64,000 bases of DNA, from contig JBPOFY010000013.1 in NCBI GenBank assembly GCA_051252375.1, forward strand, positions 1 to 64,000. The letters are read 5' to 3'. The DNA comes from Opitutaceae bacterium. Its GTDB lineage: Bacteria; Verrucomicrobiota; Verrucomicrobiia; Opitutales; Coraliomargaritaceae. Both the position numbers and the translations under genes were made by a program. Shown here piece by piece: positions 34,371 through 43,653 of this stretch. The notes under the pieces are model-generated. The model did not search any database, was not told the origin of the DNA, and saw only the letters and a list, made by a program, of their open reading frames with translations. Position 1 is the stretch's first letter, and each line of letters starts with the position of its first letter.

Positions 34371-34416
34371 ACCACACGTCAGCCTAGCCGTTTGAGCTGT
34401 CCTAGTCCTGAGCCGC

Positions 34417-35616
34417 CTAGCTCTCAAGTGGCAGTTCGATCACTTCCCACGGCAGGCCGCGGAGATTGAGCTCTTCCATGAAGGCATCGGGGTCGCGTTG
34501 CTCCATGTTCCAGACGCCGGGCTCTTTCCAGAGGTCGCGTAGGATCATTTGCGCGCCAATCATTGCAGGCACACCGGTGGTGTAGCTGATGGCTTGGCTG
34601 GAAACTTCCTTGTAGCACTCCTCGTGGTCACAGCTGTTGTAGATGAAGATACGCTTCTTCTTGCCGTCTTTGGTGCCGACGATGTCGCAACCGATGCAAG
34701 TCTTGCCCTTGGTGCGTGGCCCGAGGCTGGCAGGGTCGGGGAGCACAGCTTTGAGAAATTCGATTGGCTTGATTTGCTGACCTTGGAAATCAATCGGCTC
34801 GATCGAAGTCATGCCGATGTTTTCCAACACCTTGAGGTGGGTCAGGTATTTCTCCGAGAAAGTCATCCAGAATCGGATGCGCTTTAGACCCTTGATGTTT
34901 TGGCAGAGCGATTCCATTTCCTCGTGGTAGAGGAGGTAGGCGTCTTGCTCGCCCACAACCGGGAAGTCATAAACCTGGTGCACGCTCATTGGCGCGACTT
35001 CGTGCCATTCGCCTTCTTCCCAGTAGCGGCCATTGGCTGTTATCTCGCGGATATTGATCTCCGGGTTGAAATTGGTCGCAAAGTGGTAGCCGTGGTCCCC
35101 CGCGTTGGCGTCGAGGATGTCGATGGTCTCGATTTCGTCGAAAAGGTGCTTCTGGGCATAAGCGCAAAAGACATTGGTGACACCTGGGTCAAAGCCCGAA
35201 CCGAGCAGGGCAGTCAGACCCGCTTCTTTGAAGCGGTCTTGGTAGGCCCATTGCCATTTGTATTCAAACTTCGCCTCATCAAGCGGCTCGTAGTTGGCCG
35301 TGTCCATATAGTGCACCCCCGCAGCGAGGCAGGCATCCATCAAAGTGAGGTCCTGGTAGGGCAGTGCCACATTGATCAGCAGCTCCGGCTTCTCTGCAAG
35401 GAGGAGCGCAGTCGTTTCAGGCACGTTGTCCGCATCAATAGCCGCCGTGCGGATCGTCCGCCCATGTCGGGCCTCGATATCCTTCGCGATCGCCTCGCAC
35501 TTCGAAACCGTGCGCGAAGCGAGAATGATTTCGCTGAAAATTTCAGGTAGCTGCGCGCACTTATGCGCGACTACATTACCCACTCCACCGGCACCAATAA
35601 TGATTACTTTAGACAT
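34417..35616 (-). CDS. Saccharopine dehydrogenase family, probable carboxy(nor)spermidine synthase
   Basis: IIGAGGVG, NVALPYQDL, DTANYEP, GFDPGVT, FATNFNPEINIRE, SYTTGVPA. Confidence 0.88.
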   Translation of the reverse strand: MSKVIIIGAGGVGNVVAHKCAQLPEIFSEIILASRTVSKCEAIAKDIEARHGRTIRTAAIDADNVPETTALLLAEKPELLINVALPYQDLTLMDACLAAGVHYMDTANYEPLDEAKFEYKWQWAYQDRFKEAGLTALLGSGFDPGVTNVFCAYAQKHLFDEIETIDILDANAGDHGYHFATNFNPEINIREITANGRYWEEGEWHEVAPMSVHQVYDFPVVGEQDAYLLYHEEMESLCQNIKGLKRIRFWMTFSEKYLTHLKVLENIGMTSIEPIDFQGQQIKPIEFLKAVLPDPASLGPRTKGKTCIGCDIVGTKDGKKKRIFIYNSCDHEECYKEVSSQAISYTTGVPAMIGAQMILRDLWKEPGVWNMEQRDPDAFMEELNLRGLPWEVIELPLES

Positions 35617-35805
35617 GCGCTGTTTAATGCGTAGTGCGCCGCATTCTTCAAGTTTATTTGAATCCTATCTGCATGTATTGCCTGGGAGTCTGTCGTTGCC
35701 CCAGAAGTGCCCCCAACTGGCGCTTTGGAATAATGCCGCAAATGCAATATCACCCTAATCGGAATACGCTTGGCGCGCGCGGGCTAAGTGATCATTTTTC
35801 CGCTT

Positions 35806-36081
35806 ATGAAGTCATCCGATACACCGATTCTCTATATTAAAGACGGCTGCCCTTGGTGCGCTGAAGCTTTGTCATATTTTAAAGCGCAGGGCGTTGGTTT
35901 GGAGGCGCGGGAAGTGCGTCGGAACAAGGTATTCATGGAGCAGATGGTGAAACTGAGTGGTCAAACAAAGACGCCGACTTTTGTATACGGCGAGTTCTTG
36001 GTCGCGGATTTTGATGTGGGTGAGTTCAAGGCTGCTTTGCAGAAAGCACCTGCAGTGCAGCAGGCTTTGGGCATCCGCTAG
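35806..36081 (+). CDS. Glutaredoxin family protein
   Basis: LYIKDGCPWC, SGQTKTPT. Confidence 0.85.
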   Translation: MKSSDTPILYIKDGCPWCAEALSYFKAQGVGLEAREVRRNKVFMEQMVKLSGQTKTPTFVYGEFLVADFDVGEFKAALQKAPAVQQALGIR

Positions 36082-36108
36082 TGAGTGGGTCTTAGTGCCG
36101 AGTGATCG

Positions 36109-36334
36109 GTAGCGGCGATGGTCCCCATCGCCACACGTCTGAGCCGCTCAATCTGATTCGGAGCGAAACACATGCAATGGTGGTCCCTTTTGATAGACTC
36201 AGGGCAGGCAGGACGACCGCCCCTAGCCTCAGGAGGAATTGATGTATATATCAGCGTATTTGGTAGGGACGCCTGCCCCTAGGCGTCCGCAATATTTCCT
36301 TCAGCCTCGGACGCCTGAGGGCAGGCGTCCCTAC
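36109..36334. repeat. Two adjacent GTAG REP pairs
   Basis: 36109-36226 GTAGCGGCGATGGTCCCCATCGCC... and 36263-36334 GTAGGGACGCCTGCCCCTAGGCGTCCG...CGGACGCCTGAGGGCAGGCGTCCCTAC. Confidence 0.8.
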
Positions 36335-36429
36335 CTTTTGATGCCCTGTAAGTCTCATTCCAAGTGTGCCTATTCTCCAGGAGTTAAACCTGTGCTTGCG
36401 GTTTGGGCGTTGGATTTTACCGTGACCGC

Positions 36430-38388
36430 ATGAAATGGATGCTGCCCCTCGTTACGCTAATTGTTGGAATCGTTGGCGGTTGGTTGATCGCTGTTTCGTC
36501 GTTGGGTAGCGATGGATCACCTGCATCTGCGGAATCTTCGGCGTCTAGTTTGAAGGCTAAGTTTGGCGGAGGCGCGTTGAGTAAAGTCGAGCTAACTGAG
36601 GCTGAGGAAGCTGTGGCGGAGACTTACGACATGAGCGAAGCGTGGTTGTCATCAATGGAGGGGAAGAGTCAGATGGATCAACTCGGTGAGTTGTTGGCCC
36701 GTCTGCGGAAAGCGAAGCCTCAGGATTTCGTGATGTTGATGGATGCGGTGAGTAAGTATTCCGGCACCATGGGTTGGATGGCGCAGAGTCTATTGGCAAC
36801 GAAGTGGGCAGAGGCGGACCCGCAAGGGATGTTGGCTTATATTGAAAAGCAACCACAGGATAAGCAGTGGCGTCTGCGGAGCGCTTTTTATACTGCTTGG
36901 GCGAAATCAGATCCCCAAGCGGCTTTTGTGGCAGCCAAGGAGTTGGGAGATTATCGGGCGCAGCAAAACTCGCTACAGGCAGTGATTCAATCGGTTGCCG
37001 AAAAGAACCCTCAGCGGGCGATAGCTATGGCTGAGGAGATGAGCTCGATGGGGCATCGCGCTGATTGGATTATGCGGAGCATCTACCAGAAATGGGCGAA
37101 CCAAGATCTTGAAACAGCGCGTGCCTCTGCCTTGTCGCTCGAAGATGGACCTGGGAAAGTGCAGGCGCTCTCCGGAGCATTGCAGAATTGGATGCATGAG
37201 GAGCCTTATGCGGCCCTTGACTGGCTCGACTCGTTGCCGATGGATGGCACGGTATACAACTCGCGCAAGGAGGTGTTTCGTAATCTGCTGAACAATGACT
37301 TCGAGGTCGCGAAAGAGTATATCGCGAGTAAAACCGATGCGGTTGAGCGACGAGAAATTTTGGATCATATATCTTTTGGCAATCTGGCTTATCAAAAAGA
37401 CTTCGAAGCGATCCAAGGTATATATGATTGGATCGGTGAAGTCGCGACTGGGCAAACATACGATAACAAGGTCGGCGATTTGATTCGTTCGCTCGCGCAG
37501 TCCGATCCGGATCGTGCGAGAGAGTTTGTGTTGAATTTGCCTGCTGGTAATGCGCGAATGAATGCACTCGGCAATTTAGCGCAGCAATTGGCTGAGCGTG
37601 ATGCAGAGGCAGGTATCGCTTTCGCAATGAGCCTGGCCTATGAGGATGAAAAGCAGCGGGCGTTGAGTCATATGAGCTGGCAAATCGCTCGCTACGGGGT
37701 TGAAAAAGCCGTATCCATTGTTTCGGAGTCGAGTGATCCGATGGTGCAGCGCCAATTGGCTTCTCGTCTCGCCTCCGAATGGTCGCAATATGATCAACCG
37801 GGCGCCTTGGCTTGGGCGGAAACTTTGACGGATGAGCAGGCACGTGGGCAGGCGATGCAGTCCGTCTATCAGAATTGGATGCAGTCTGACCCTGAAGGCG
37901 CTTTCACGTATTTGACAAATTCTGTCGAGGAGGGGAAGCAGTCGGACTACTTGCGCAGTGGCTTTCAAGACTGGTCCCGTCAGGATCCCCTCGCTGCGAT
38001 TGAATGGTTGGATCGAATGCCTGTAACGATGAGTGAAAGCCAGAATGCGAATATCTACCGAACGGTTGCGAGTAATTACGTGCAACACGATCCCATGGCT
38101 GCGTCGGAATGGATTGCGACCTTAGATGAGGGACCCAATCGCGATCAATCAGTGGAGACTTTAGTTCGGAGTATTACCAAGACCGATCCTGAGGCGGGCT
38201 TTTATTGGGCTGAAACCGTCAGCGATGAAAATAAGCGTCGCAATACATTAAATCAAAGCGTTCAAGCGTGGGTGAAGACCGATCCTGATGCTGCCTTTGA
38301 GGCGATCAAAGACTCGAATATTGGTGCCGAAGAGAAAGACGCTTTGTATGAATTCGTCAGCGACGCGAAGCAGAATCAGAAGAATTAA
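36430..38388 (+). CDS. Membrane-anchored alpha-helical repeat protein (W-x3-D-P-x2-A repeats)
   Basis: N-terminal TM segment; repeats such as WAEADPQG, WAKSDPQAA, WMQSDPEGA, WSRQDPLAA, WVKTDPDAA. Confidence 0.75.
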   Translation: MKWMLPLVTLIVGIVGGWLIAVSSLGSDGSPASAESSASSLKAKFGGGALSKVELTEAEEAVAETYDMSEAWLSSMEGKSQMDQLGELLARLRKAKPQDFVMLMDAVSKYSGTMGWMAQSLLATKWAEADPQGMLAYIEKQPQDKQWRLRSAFYTAWAKSDPQAAFVAAKELGDYRAQQNSLQAVIQSVAEKNPQRAIAMAEEMSSMGHRADWIMRSIYQKWANQDLETARASALSLEDGPGKVQALSGALQNWMHEEPYAALDWLDSLPMDGTVYNSRKEVFRNLLNNDFEVAKEYIASKTDAVERREILDHISFGNLAYQKDFEAIQGIYDWIGEVATGQTYDNKVGDLIRSLAQSDPDRAREFVLNLPAGNARMNALGNLAQQLAERDAEAGIAFAMSLAYEDEKQRALSHMSWQIARYGVEKAVSIVSESSDPMVQRQLASRLASEWSQYDQPGALAWAETLTDEQARGQAMQSVYQNWMQSDPEGAFTYLTNSVEEGKQSDYLRSGFQDWSRQDPLAAIEWLDRMPVTMSESQNANIYRTVASNYVQHDPMAASEWIATLDEGPNRDQSVETLVRSITKTDPEAGFYWAETVSDENKRRNTLNQSVQAWVKTDPDAAFEAIKDSNIGAEEKDALYEFVSDAKQNQKN

Positions 38389-38407
38389 TCATTAATAAAT
38401 AAACGTC

Positions 38408-39343
38408 ATGGAATGGTTTTACGAAAAAAACGGTGAGCAACACGGTCCGATTACCGAGATCGATTTAAAGGGCATGTATGGTAACGGCGAATTGACGCGT
38501 AGTAATTTAGTCTGGCGTGAAGGCATGGCTGATTGGACGGCGTTCGGCACTGTCTTTGAACTGGAGGAGGGCGCTCCCCAAAAAACCGCTTCTACGATCG
38601 TGCCGCGATCTCAGCGCACGCAACGGGGTAATTCTTGCGGTGAGCTGAGGGCCGATGCATGGGACGCGCTATCGGGTAATTGGCTCATGGCCGCCCTCGT
38701 GATCTTCCTCATGCAGGTCGTGATGCAAGCGTCGAGCATGGCTGCCATCATTCCACTCATCGGCTTTTTGGTTCCCATATTCGTAGCGGGCCCCTTAACG
38801 GTGGGGATGTATAGTTACTTTTTGCGATTGGTGCGTCGCGAACCAGTTGAAATCGGTGAGTTATTTTCCGGTTTCACTCTGTGGTTGAAACATACGGGGC
38901 TCTTTCTTCTCGTCACTTTTATTATTGTTTGTTCAGCGATGGTTGCGGCAATTCCTGGTGGTGCATTGATGGGGGTGGTTGTCGCTAATAATCAAGTGCT
39001 GTTCGAGCAGTCGCCCGATTTAGCCGCGCAAGATCCTTTGTTTTTAACTGGCTTGGTCTTGATTGTTTTATTGCCCACTCTGGTTGCCACTTATTTCTGG
39101 ATTCGTTATGCCTTTGTTTACTTCATCGTTGCGGACGAACCTGAGATGCCAGTCGGCGCGATTTTACGCCGCAGCAGTCAAATGATGCAGGGCCAAGTTT
39201 GGAAGTTTAGCTGGTTGATACTTTCTTACACCGGCTGGTTCATTCTTGGCATGCTCGCCTTCTTTGTGGGTATCTTTTGGGCAAGTGCCTATTGGATGGC
39301 AGGCTTCGCCGCATACTATGACGATCTACGTGAGCGAGTGTAG
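38408..39343 (+). CDS. GYF_2 (DUF4339) + DUF975 membrane protein
   Basis: WFYEKNGEQHGP...LVWREGMADW, then a multi-TM region with SSQMMQG..WK. Confidence 0.8.
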   Translation: MEWFYEKNGEQHGPITEIDLKGMYGNGELTRSNLVWREGMADWTAFGTVFELEEGAPQKTASTIVPRSQRTQRGNSCGELRADAWDALSGNWLMAALVIFLMQVVMQASSMAAIIPLIGFLVPIFVAGPLTVGMYSYFLRLVRREPVEIGELFSGFTLWLKHTGLFLLVTFIIVCSAMVAAIPGGALMGVVVANNQVLFEQSPDLAAQDPLFLTGLVLIVLLPTLVATYFWIRYAFVYFIVADEPEMPVGAILRRSSQMMQGQVWKFSWLILSYTGWFILGMLAFFVGIFWASAYWMAGFAAYYDDLRERV

Positions 39344-39344
39344 A

Positions 39345-39533
39345 TTATTGGTCGGAGTCTGCCTCGGCGATCACTCGTCCATCGTCTAAGTAGAAGTGAA
39401 TGACCATAGGTCGGCAGCAAATCTCACAATCGTAGTCCCATTCGGTCGGCGCTTCTGAAGGTGCTGGCCCTGGCACGCTGAAGGTTTCAAAGCAGCTCGG
39501 GCAGGTGACTTTACAGTGAGTGTCGGCGTTCAT
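39345..39533 (-). CDS. CPXCG-motif cysteine-rich small protein
   Basis: VTCPSCFE ... YDCEICCRP. Confidence 0.75.
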   Translation of the reverse strand: MNADTHCKVTCPSCFETFSVPGPAPSEAPTEWDYDCEICCRPMVIHFYLDDGRVIAEADSDQ

Positions 39534-39593
39534 TGTGATCTGGTTGTGTCGAAACTGTTCTTGAGACTAAAGTCAGATCGGAGGCAGTTTTTC

Positions 39594-42500
39594 TTAAAGA
39601 ATGACGACGGTTGGCACGTCGGTGAATAGCAGCTTTAATTCGATAGTAGTTTCTTCGATGCCGATGATTTTAGAGAGTGCTTTACGATAGGCCTCCAATT
39701 GCGGGCGGTGGTGTTCGCTGGCTTCAGTAATTGTATTACTTGAGTGAATCCTATCGGTTTTGTAGTCGATGATCTCGGCGCGGATTGTTTTGCCCCCAGC
39801 ATCTTGATGGAGGATGACGCGATCGAATATGCCGTTATGGAATTGGTCGCCCTCCACGAAGCTAAAGCTGCGCTCGCGCCAGACAGTTGTTGGTGTCTCT
39901 GGTTTAGTGAAGAGTGCTTTGATGTCAGGATTGTTGAAGCATGCTACGAGAGTTTTGGTGACTTGTGCTGCTGGAGGGAAATGCTCCGTCATTTCCGAGG
40001 ATAACTGAGGTGGCAACGACGGAGCGTTGCCCTCCAGATTAAGCCACTCAATCTTCTCGAAGGCATCATGCATCTCGCTGCCGAATTTGGTAGCGGCTTC
40101 GCTGAGGTCGAAGTGCTTGCTGGCGGTTTGCTGGAAAGATTTCCCCGAGGAAGGTCGGGAAAGTTGTAGCCGTGGATGAGCGGGGGTGAAGTTCTGTAAA
40201 CCCTCAAGCCCTGGCGTATGGTTTTCATCTTCTATCGAAGACTTCTCAAAAGACTTGTGCCAATCTACATTACCCGTGCTCCAAAGGACGGGGTATTTGA
40301 ACGTCGAACTTTCAACGTCCAACTCTGAATTTTGAATGGGAAAGAGCTCGGTCGGGGTGGCAGTGTTTCCAAGTATGTCGCGTAGATAATCGACGGTTGA
40401 TTTTTTGCCGACGCGGTCGAAGTCGCTGATCATGTAGAGCCCGCGTTTAGCGCGAGTCATGGCGACGTAGAGCGTGCATAGGCTGCCGAAGCCTTGTTGG
40501 CTTTCACTTTGCTCTAAGAATGGCGCAAGCGCGGGGTCGGCCTGCATGATTTCTTTTTTGACGGGCTCCATGATCCACTCGGCATTGCCTTCGGCATCGA
40601 GTAGGGGGCTGATCTGGCGCTCGCTGCGTGAGCTTTTGTCTTCATTTACCAAGATCACGATGTCGTATTCGAGTCCTTTCGATTTGTGGATCGTTTCTAC
40701 GATGATCGCGTCGCCAGCGGGACATTCGCCGCTGCTGCTGTCTTTCAAGTATGTGTGTAGCCCATCGATGTCGCGCTGTTCCTCGCTGTCAAATGCGCGT
40801 GCCTTGGTGACTAAGCGCTCTAAGCGCTCGCGGTGGCGTGTATCGTCTGCTGGTAGGTGTTCGATAATGGTGTCGGCTGCGTGGCGCACCGCGATCTCGC
40901 TGCTTTCAGAGAGGAGTGTGGTGCGTAGTCGGTCGGCAGCTTTGACGAGTGAGGTGCCTTGGGTGGAGCAGTCGATAAGTTGGAGCATTCCACGCGCATG
41001 GGCATCGCCTGGGTGGGCCGCGAGTCGAAGCATCGCGAGCAGTGCTGCACCCGCGGCATTGTCGGTCGCGGGTTTAATTGCAGAGCCGGTATGCACGGGT
41101 AGCTCTTTTGCGTTCTCGCGTAGAAATTCGGCGATGGCAGTGGCGTCTTTATTGCTACGTGTGAGCACACCGATCGTCATGCCTCGCTCAAGTGGCTTCA
41201 AGTCGTTGAGCAATTGTAGGATCAGATCGTTGCGCTCGGGTGCGTCGTTCTTCTGCGCTTCGATCCAGCAAGCAAACCCGCTGAGATCTTTTGTCGCGGG
41301 GGAAGGTTCGTGTATTTGCCAAGCTCGCTCCCAACGTGCTGCGGCATCGCTAGAGAAGTGGGCTTCGATCGCGGCATGATCGGAGAAGACGACATTGACC
41401 GCGTCGAGCACTGGTTTGGCGGAGCGCCATGACATCGAAAGCGGTTGCGGTTCGATATTGGGGTATTGCCGCTGGATGTCGTGAAAGAGCCGGTCGTCAC
41501 TGTTGCGCCAGAGGTAGAGGCATTGTTTGGTATCGCCGACATAGAAGAAGGAACGTTCGCCGGAACTGTCTTGCACGATTTCGTCAATCAAGTTGGCGAC
41601 GACGGCCCACTGCGGGCGACTGGTATCTTGAAATTCATCGAAGAGCCAATGGTCGAACTGACTATCGAGTCGGAAGTCCATGAGCTGCCGCACGAAGGGA
41701 TCGATTGGATTCATGGGTGAACCTTCGTTGTCAGGTGCGAGTAGGTGCGTGAGGTCGGCAAACGCGAGTCGCCCGGGTCGACGAACGAGTCGGTCGTAAT
41801 TGTCGTGGTATGCCTGCAGTATGCGGTGGACGCCTTGGGTGTTTTCGAGTGCGCGCTTGAGGTGGTGCCATGCGATGGCGCGTAGGCTGTCGGCTAGTGC
41901 AGAACAGGTGGCTCCGGAGAGTTGCAGTTCCTTGCGCACTTTGATCGTGGCGTTGCCAGAGAGCACATCCGCTGCGACGGCGAAGGCATTCGATAAGAGT
42001 GTATTGAGCTTCTCGTTGACCGGATAATTTTCGATGTGCTTTGCGGTGCTCTCGAAATCGTTTTGCTGTGCTTTACCAAGACCTTCGGGGAGGTTGCTGC
42101 GTAAGTTGTTGGCGAGTTCCTCCCAGTCGGGTGCATAGTCGACTTGCCAAGGGCAGGGTCCGTTCCAAATCGTAGTCGGTTGTCCCCAGAGCTGTGGGTC
42201 TGGGCTGTCGAGGTAGAGCGCGTATTGCTTTTGGATGAATTCGGCGACGACTTTCTCCACGCTGCGTTCTTCTTTACCATACGTTGCTTGTTTAAAGGCG
42301 TGCCAGAATTCGTTTAGCTCCGCGGTGAGTTCGCCTGGGTTGTGAACAATACTATCCCGCACTTGATTGCGCATGCGTGGTTCACTGCTTTCATCGAGCA
42401 GGTTTAGGTTTCCTGTAAGTCCAAGCTCTAAGGAGAAAACGGAGACCACTCGAAAGAAGAAGCTATCAAGTGTTTGTAGGTTGAGCTGGTGCATGCTGCG

Positions 42501-42779
42501 CACGAGCAGTTGCAGAAGGGCGTGATAACGAGCGCTGTCGGCCTTAATCCCGAGGTGGCTGGAAAGGTTTGCTGCGTTGTCTGCGGATTCGGCTGCGTCG
42601 CATAGTTTTTCGATGATGTTCTGGAAGAACTCGCCTGCCGCGGTGCGTGTAAACGTAAGCGCGATGATCCGCTCCGGCTTCTCCGTGAGGTGCAGCAGGT
42701 AGATGAAGCGGTTGGTCAGCTGGTAGGTCTTACCTGAGCCAGCTGCGGCGGAAATCGCTATGTTTTTAAGAGTGTTCAA
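39594..42779 (-). CDS. addA: AddA-like UvrD helicase/PD-(D/E)XK nuclease
   Basis: AAAGSGKT, LTFTRTAA, DEFQDTS, VGDTKQ, TIHKSKGLE, YVAMTRA, C-terminal GIFDRV...IDYKT..QL..Y. Confidence 0.85.
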   Translation of the reverse strand: MNTLKNIAISAAAGSGKTYQLTNRFIYLLHLTEKPERIIALTFTRTAAGEFFQNIIEKLCDAAESADNAANLSSHLGIKADSARYHALLQLLVRSMHQLNLQTLDSFFFRVVSVFSLELGLTGNLNLLDESSEPRMRNQVRDSIVHNPGELTAELNEFWHAFKQATYGKEERSVEKVVAEFIQKQYALYLDSPDPQLWGQPTTIWNGPCPWQVDYAPDWEELANNLRSNLPEGLGKAQQNDFESTAKHIENYPVNEKLNTLLSNAFAVAADVLSGNATIKVRKELQLSGATCSALADSLRAIAWHHLKRALENTQGVHRILQAYHDNYDRLVRRPGRLAFADLTHLLAPDNEGSPMNPIDPFVRQLMDFRLDSQFDHWLFDEFQDTSRPQWAVVANLIDEIVQDSSGERSFFYVGDTKQCLYLWRNSDDRLFHDIQRQYPNIEPQPLSMSWRSAKPVLDAVNVVFSDHAAIEAHFSSDAAARWERAWQIHEPSPATKDLSGFACWIEAQKNDAPERNDLILQLLNDLKPLERGMTIGVLTRSNKDATAIAEFLRENAKELPVHTGSAIKPATDNAAGAALLAMLRLAAHPGDAHARGMLQLIDCSTQGTSLVKAADRLRTTLLSESSEIAVRHAADTIIEHLPADDTRHRERLERLVTKARAFDSEEQRDIDGLHTYLKDSSSGECPAGDAIIVETIHKSKGLEYDIVILVNEDKSSRSERQISPLLDAEGNAEWIMEPVKKEIMQADPALAPFLEQSESQQGFGSLCTLYVAMTRAKRGLYMISDFDRVGKKSTVDYLRDILGNTATPTELFPIQNSELDVESSTFKYPVLWSTGNVDWHKSFEKSSIEDENHTPGLEGLQNFTPAHPRLQLSRPSSGKSFQQTASKHFDLSEAATKFGSEMHDAFEKIEWLNLEGNAPSLPPQLSSEMTEHFPPAAQVTKTLVACFNNPDIKALFTKPETPTTVWRERSFSFVEGDQFHNGIFDRVILHQDAGGKTIRAEIIDYKTDRIHSSNTITEASEHHRPQLEAYRKALSKIIGIEETTIELKLLFTDVPTVVIL

Positions 42780-42795
42780 TGGGATATGAGAATGA

Positions 42796-43653
42796 GACAG
42801 AATGATTTAGGACAGAATAATTATTTCACGATGGTTATGCAATGGATGTCGTGAGTGCCGAAATTGATCCACTGAATACTGTCCAGTTTTGTATGGCTTA
42901 AGAGGCGGTGTAGTTGACTTTCGTATGATTGGAGCCCAGATCGCAATGAAGATACAGTGAGTGAGGTTGTGCCGTTTAATAAGTTCAGGTTTTGGTGTCC
43001 GATCGATTCGCTTTCGCGAGACAACTCGATAGGTTTTTGCAATGACTGTTCGGGAGCGATTAAGTGAACTAGAGCTTCGTTGTATAAACTTAAGTCTAAG
43101 TGTGTGCCTAAATCCGAAATGAGTTCACTGATAATAGTTGGAATGCTTTCACAATAAATCGATTGGGGTTTCCAGTCGTCTGTGTGAATCTTAAACTCTT
43201 TGCGTTCGTAAGTATTTAAAGTTGTGGAGACGTAGCGAGTTTCGACCGATTTCCCTCTAAAATTGATAATTTTACCAAATGGGAGATTGCAAAGAAGTAG
43301 GTAGTTGAGTAGTTGTGACTCGTGTGAGGGTGATAGTGCATCGACCGCCTTGAGTTCGTAGATTGTTCCGTTGTTAACTAACAAATCTAAATAATACTTC
43401 TTTGTGAAAGATTTGTGGGTGACTACTATTTCAACTTCTCGAAGGCAATTTATACTCAACGCTTCACAACTACGTTTTAGTGCTTCTTGGTAAACTGATT
43501 CGTTTAGTAGTCTTCCAAGGTCATTGTGGATGGAGAAGGCGCACCCCATAACTGCGTAATCAATCTTTTGGAATTGGTCTTGAGGTATTGCCTCCAGCTG
43601 AACTGTGAGATTTACGGGCATTCAATAATTATTCTGTCAGAAATGATTCTGCC
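42796..43653. mobile_element. Putative mobile element: GxxExxY gene between 30-bp inverted repeats
   Basis: IRs at 42796-42825 and 43624-43653 (26/30 match); AT-richer interior; sits between addB and addA. Confidence 0.65.
42821..43621 (-). CDS. GxxExxY family protein (PD-(D/E)XK-like), tandem two-domain form
   Basis: IHNDLGRLLNESVYQEAL, YLDLLV..IYELKAVD, HESQLLNYL, IINF; second half is a degenerate copy. Confidence 0.88.
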   Translation of the reverse strand: MPVNLTVQLEAIPQDQFQKIDYAVMGCAFSIHNDLGRLLNESVYQEALKRSCEALSINCLREVEIVVTHKSFTKKYYLDLLVNNGTIYELKAVDALSPSHESQLLNYLLLCNLPFGKIINFRGKSVETRYVSTTLNTYERKEFKIHTDDWKPQSIYCESIPTIISELISDLGTHLDLSLYNEALVHLIAPEQSLQKPIELSRESESIGHQNLNLLNGTTSLTVSSLRSGLQSYESQLHRLLSHTKLDSIQWINFGTHDIHCITIVK

